DNA of 64,000 nucleotides from Planktothricoides raciborskii GIHE-MW2 (GTDB lineage Bacteria; Cyanobacteriota; Cyanobacteriia; Cyanobacteriales; Laspinemataceae): NCBI RefSeq assembly GCF_040564635.1, contig NZ_CP159837.1, positions 99,801 to 163,800 of the forward strand, read 5' to 3'. Shown piece by piece: positions 61,258 to 64,000 of this stretch (position 1 is its first letter; each line of letters starts with the position of its first letter). The notes under the pieces were generated by a model. It saw only the letters and a program-made list of their open reading frames with translations, ran no database searches and was not told where the DNA came from. The position numbers and the translations under genes were made by a program.

Positions 61258-61742
61258 TTGACCCGAAAATGGGCATTGCTTACTACAACCTGGGACTGGT
61301 ACAACAACAGCAGGGAAAAATTTCCGAGGCGATCGGGTCATACCGCCAAGCCATGCGACATAGCCCAGATGCCCCAGAACCCGGTTACTATCTCGCACTA
61401 CTTTATTTACAACAAAACCAACTCCGCGAAGCCGAAGATGCATTGAAAAAAGTGCTGCAAATAGCGCCCAACTACGCCGAAGCACATTATCATCTTGGTT
61501 TCGTTTTTTTTAGTCGAGGCAAACTCGAAGATGCTTTAAACGCCTTCCGGCGTGCGGCGGAGTCCAACCCCAACTATGCCAATGCATACTATGGTGCTGG
61601 TTTAGTGTTTTTACGGCAAAACCTATACAGTGATGCAGTCCGGGTCTTAGAATACGCGAGGGATCTCTACAGTCAGCAAGGCGCCCGGGAATGGGCTAGA
61701 AAAGCCGAAGAACTGATTCAACAAGCCCGGAGTCAACAATAA
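61258..61742 (+). pseudogene. 3' fragment (157 codons) of a paralog of TPR gene 51611-52531
   Basis: ORF 61269-61742 (MGIAYYNLGLVQQQQGKISEAIGSYRQAMRHSP...ELIQQARSQQ) matches the C-terminal half of the 306-aa TPR protein. The DNA is near-identical for the first ~110 bp and last ~200 bp. No upstream half is present. Confidence 0.7.
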
Positions 61743-61832
61743 ACAACAATAAAATTGTTGTTTATTGTTTGTTGTGGGTTATTCGTTATTTGTGATTAGA
61801 GCCAAATAACGAATCACAAATAACCTATAACA

Positions 61833-63139
61833 TTAAAACGGCCAAACTTTTCTCCACCAGGAGTCTGAATTTTTGGGAATATCCATTTTTTCGCGGATTT
61901 CATTAATATCCCAATTGGTCAACTGGGCTAAAGTTTGCGCCTCTTGTTCATACCGTTGGGGTAAATAGCGTTGATATTCTCGTGCTTCCTGACATTCCGC
62001 TTTTCCCGTAAAAGGATGACGCAGAATATAACGACCTTGGAACCATTCTTGATTTCCGGTTTCCTGAAACATCAAATCTTCGGGAAACTTATTGCGACTA
62101 TACCGCACATGAATTCGGCTGATAAATACATTGCTTTGGTTGGGATTGTCCAGCCAAAATACTCCCGCTTGCCGGAGTTCTTCTGGACTCAGCGGATCGG
62201 CAGAACAAGGGTCACAACTGGCCATGTCCCAAGCATATTCCAAAAAGGCTACTTTTCTGTCTTCCCGCTGATAAGCAGTTTGAAACATATCCTGATAAAA
62301 TTCGCCAAATTCATTTTTGACAAATAGAGGAATTTCTGCATCAGAAGGAATCTTCACAGTCCGATAGTTTGTCACCTCGGCTTGCCCCCGTGGGGACAGA
62401 ACATAAATGATTAAATCTTGCTCACTGGTGGCATTCATCATCCCTAGACGAATTGGCAACATGAATCGAGAAGATTCATAAGCAATTTGCAAGGGTCGCA
62501 GTAGTTTATAACCGGATTGGGCAAATTCTTCTAAATTGACTTTGGCGACAAAGAATTTCATATTTTGCCGAATATAAGGTTGCAGTAATTGTGCGGCACC
62601 TTGGGGCAATTGATACCCATTTTGTCGTAACCAAGTTTCTAATCCATTAGATTCAGTGGCGCTCAGAATTAAAATGTCATATTCTCCCGCAGTAAATTGG
62701 GCTTCGATGGTGACTCCTAAAGCGTCTTCTCTATATCTACTTTCTGCTTGAGATATCCCCCCTGAAGGAGCCCGTAATATATCTTCTTCGAGATACCTCA
62801 TGCAAGGATCTGAGTCAAAATATTCCACTAATCGTGGCGCACTAAACCCATCAAGTCTTTCAATAATTGCGGGATTACCAACATTGACTTGTTCCGGTTT
62901 TAATACTACTGGAACTGGCACAACTAGGGCAAAGTCTTTGACTTCTCCTTGATAGTCATTGGCCATTGTCAGAATGTTGCGATCGCCATCTCTGGTAATA
63001 ATCACTTGCGAGGCTTGGTTATACAGTTTAGTATCCGCTTTGGCCACATAAAAGCCACAAAATGCCTGGGCAGGATTCGCCCAAGCAAAAAGAGCGATCG
63101 CTACTAAGATTAACCCGATAAAATTCCTGAGTAATTTCA
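61833..63139 (-). CDS. Secreted hypothetical protein; the ORF-track N-terminal extension through tandem repeats is probably not translated
   Basis: A signal peptide (MKLLRNFIGLILVAIALFAWANPAQA) starts at 63139. The upstream extension (63140-63422) is created by the 60-bp tandem repeat, giving GEINYSPECLGRSIRGGNYRL x3.5. Confidence 0.55.
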
Positions 63140-63185
63140 TAAATCCTCTTGATCCTAAACTCATCTTCACAATTATAATTTGGTA

Positions 63186-63455
63186 TAATTTGGTAGGGGC
63201 GAAGCATTCGGGCGAATAATTGATTTCTCCCAACCGATAATTTCCGCCCCGAATGCTTCGCCCTAAGCATTCGGGCGAATAATTGATTTCTCCCAACCGA
63301 TAATTTCCGCCCCGAATGCTTCGCCCTAAGCATTCGGGCGAATAATTGATTTCTCCCAACCGATAATTTCCGCCCCGAATGCTTCGCCCTAAGCATTCGG
63401 GCGAATAATTGATTTCTCCCAACCGATAATTTCCGCCCCGAATGCTTCGCCCTTA
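63186..63455. repeat. ~60-bp tandem repeat x about 4.5 with an internal inverted repeat (GGGCGAAGCATTCGGG / CCCGAATGCTTCGCCC)
   Basis: The repeat is read directly. The motif is shared with the hairpin at 11241-11297. Confidence 0.85.
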
Positions 63456-63929
63456 CGAGTAAATTTCTCCCATCGGGCTATGCCTAATTTTCCACCAATT
63501 AAATCGCGGAGCATTCCACAGATAATCTAACACAAGCGTTAACGGAGACAGGGTAAACAATGCCCAAAATACAGCATCAGACATGAAAAAGTAATTTCTC
63601 AAAACAAAAGTTAATATCGCAAGACTCACCGCCCAGATAATCCGACTAATTCGAGCATTCGGAATTGAGCGCGGATCGGTGATCATAAACAGAGCAAACA
63701 ATAATAATGATCCGCTCATTAAGCGATGACACAGCACATCAAGAGTCCAGCCTAACCAAAAATTGCGCCCCACTTCTAACAGGGCATAAACTCCCAGGAA
63801 AGTTGCCGTAGTGTCCCAGCGTCCCACCCGTTTTAAGACCAGTCCTCCGGCACCGACAAATAAGAATAAATACCACCAATCTTCTCCCCATTGTCCGGGA
63901 GAAACCCAAGCATCTTTGGTTAACAGCAA
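63453..63929 (-). CDS. Hypothetical integral membrane protein (4-5 TM segments), possibly extending beyond the window
   Basis: The ORF is hydrophobic (WWYLFLFVGAGGLVL, LLLFALFMI, IIWAVSLAILTFVL). Confidence 0.45.
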   Translation of the reverse strand: MLLTKDAWVSPGQWGEDWWYLFLFVGAGGLVLKRVGRWDTTATFLGVYALLEVGRNFWLGWTLDVLCHRLMSGSLLLFALFMITDPRSIPNARISRIIWAVSLAILTFVLRNYFFMSDAVFWALFTLSPLTLVLDYLWNAPRFNWWKIRHSPMGEIYS

Positions 63930-64000
63930 TGCGGCAATAATGCCAAAATTAGCGGGATTAAAAAAATGCTTGTGATTGAATTGGAAAATAAATTTACTGG

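Noticed and set aside
63140-63422. N-terminal 95-aa extension of ORF 61833-63422 with a GEINYSPECLGRSIRGGNYRL x3.5 repeat
   Set aside because: The extension is generated by the 60-bp tandem DNA repeat upstream of a perfectly good signal-peptide start (MKLLRNF...) at 63139. It is more likely 5' UTR or promoter repeats than coding.

Overview
The window is a repeat-rich segment from a probable filamentous cyanobacterium. The octamer GCGATCGC (HIP1) occurs very often, short tandem repeats fill most intergenic spaces, and the genes include a PBS-lyase-type HEAT-repeat protein, pds/crtP, and pilus/chemotaxis-type signalling genes. I found no rRNA, tRNA or CRISPR array by eye.

Four things stand out.

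1. Inverted CHAT duplication and invertible block. A near-duplicate pair of TPR+CHAT (caspase-like protease) genes sits in inverted orientation at 1243-3564 (-) and 31504-33543 (+; the second copy carries two in-frame stops). Each has the same promoter-side sequence and tandem stacked-palindrome elements on its 3' side. Between them lies a ~27.5 kb block in which every gene is on the minus strand. The block holds a chemosensory super-locus: CheR-TPR, tandem CheW, a small disrupted MCP, CheY, CheA, CheW, a long soluble MCP, a 999-aa HEAT-repeat protein, CheR and CheB, plus two Cache-type MCPs and one degenerate MCP-like sensor. Just outside the block, on the plus strand, are a further MCP and a CheA-REC hybrid with an internally duplicated Hpt domain. 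Flanking genes are plus-strand, so the block looks like a repeat-mediated invertible or inverted segment. Its right boundary is a junkyard: an IS607-family element (serine-recombinase TnpA plus a split TnpB), an internally deleted second IS607 copy on the opposite strand, a frameshifted CheY-like REC, and CHAT gene fragments.

2. Giant lectin/toxin-like gene. A 2566-aa gene at 52674-60374 (-) encodes at least four LamG/ConA-like domains, a ricin-B-like QxW beta-trefoil, coiled coils, and a ~750-aa C-terminal region with alternating amphipathic beta-hairpin segments. I read it as a candidate giant lectin/pore-forming toxin-like or adhesin protein. It is bracketed by a TPR gene and a 3' fragment of that gene's paralog.

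3. In-frame repeats inside a coding sequence. A GT-C (PMT/ArnT-like) membrane glycosyltransferase carries an in-frame 15-bp x8 repeat (PEINS x8). It also contains, in frame, a hairpin identical to one of the intergenic terminators.

4. Other genes. These are an SLT lytic transglycosylase, a LysM-M23 peptidase, an orphan pilC, several hypotheticals, and a candidate small RNA ending in a strong intrinsic terminator.
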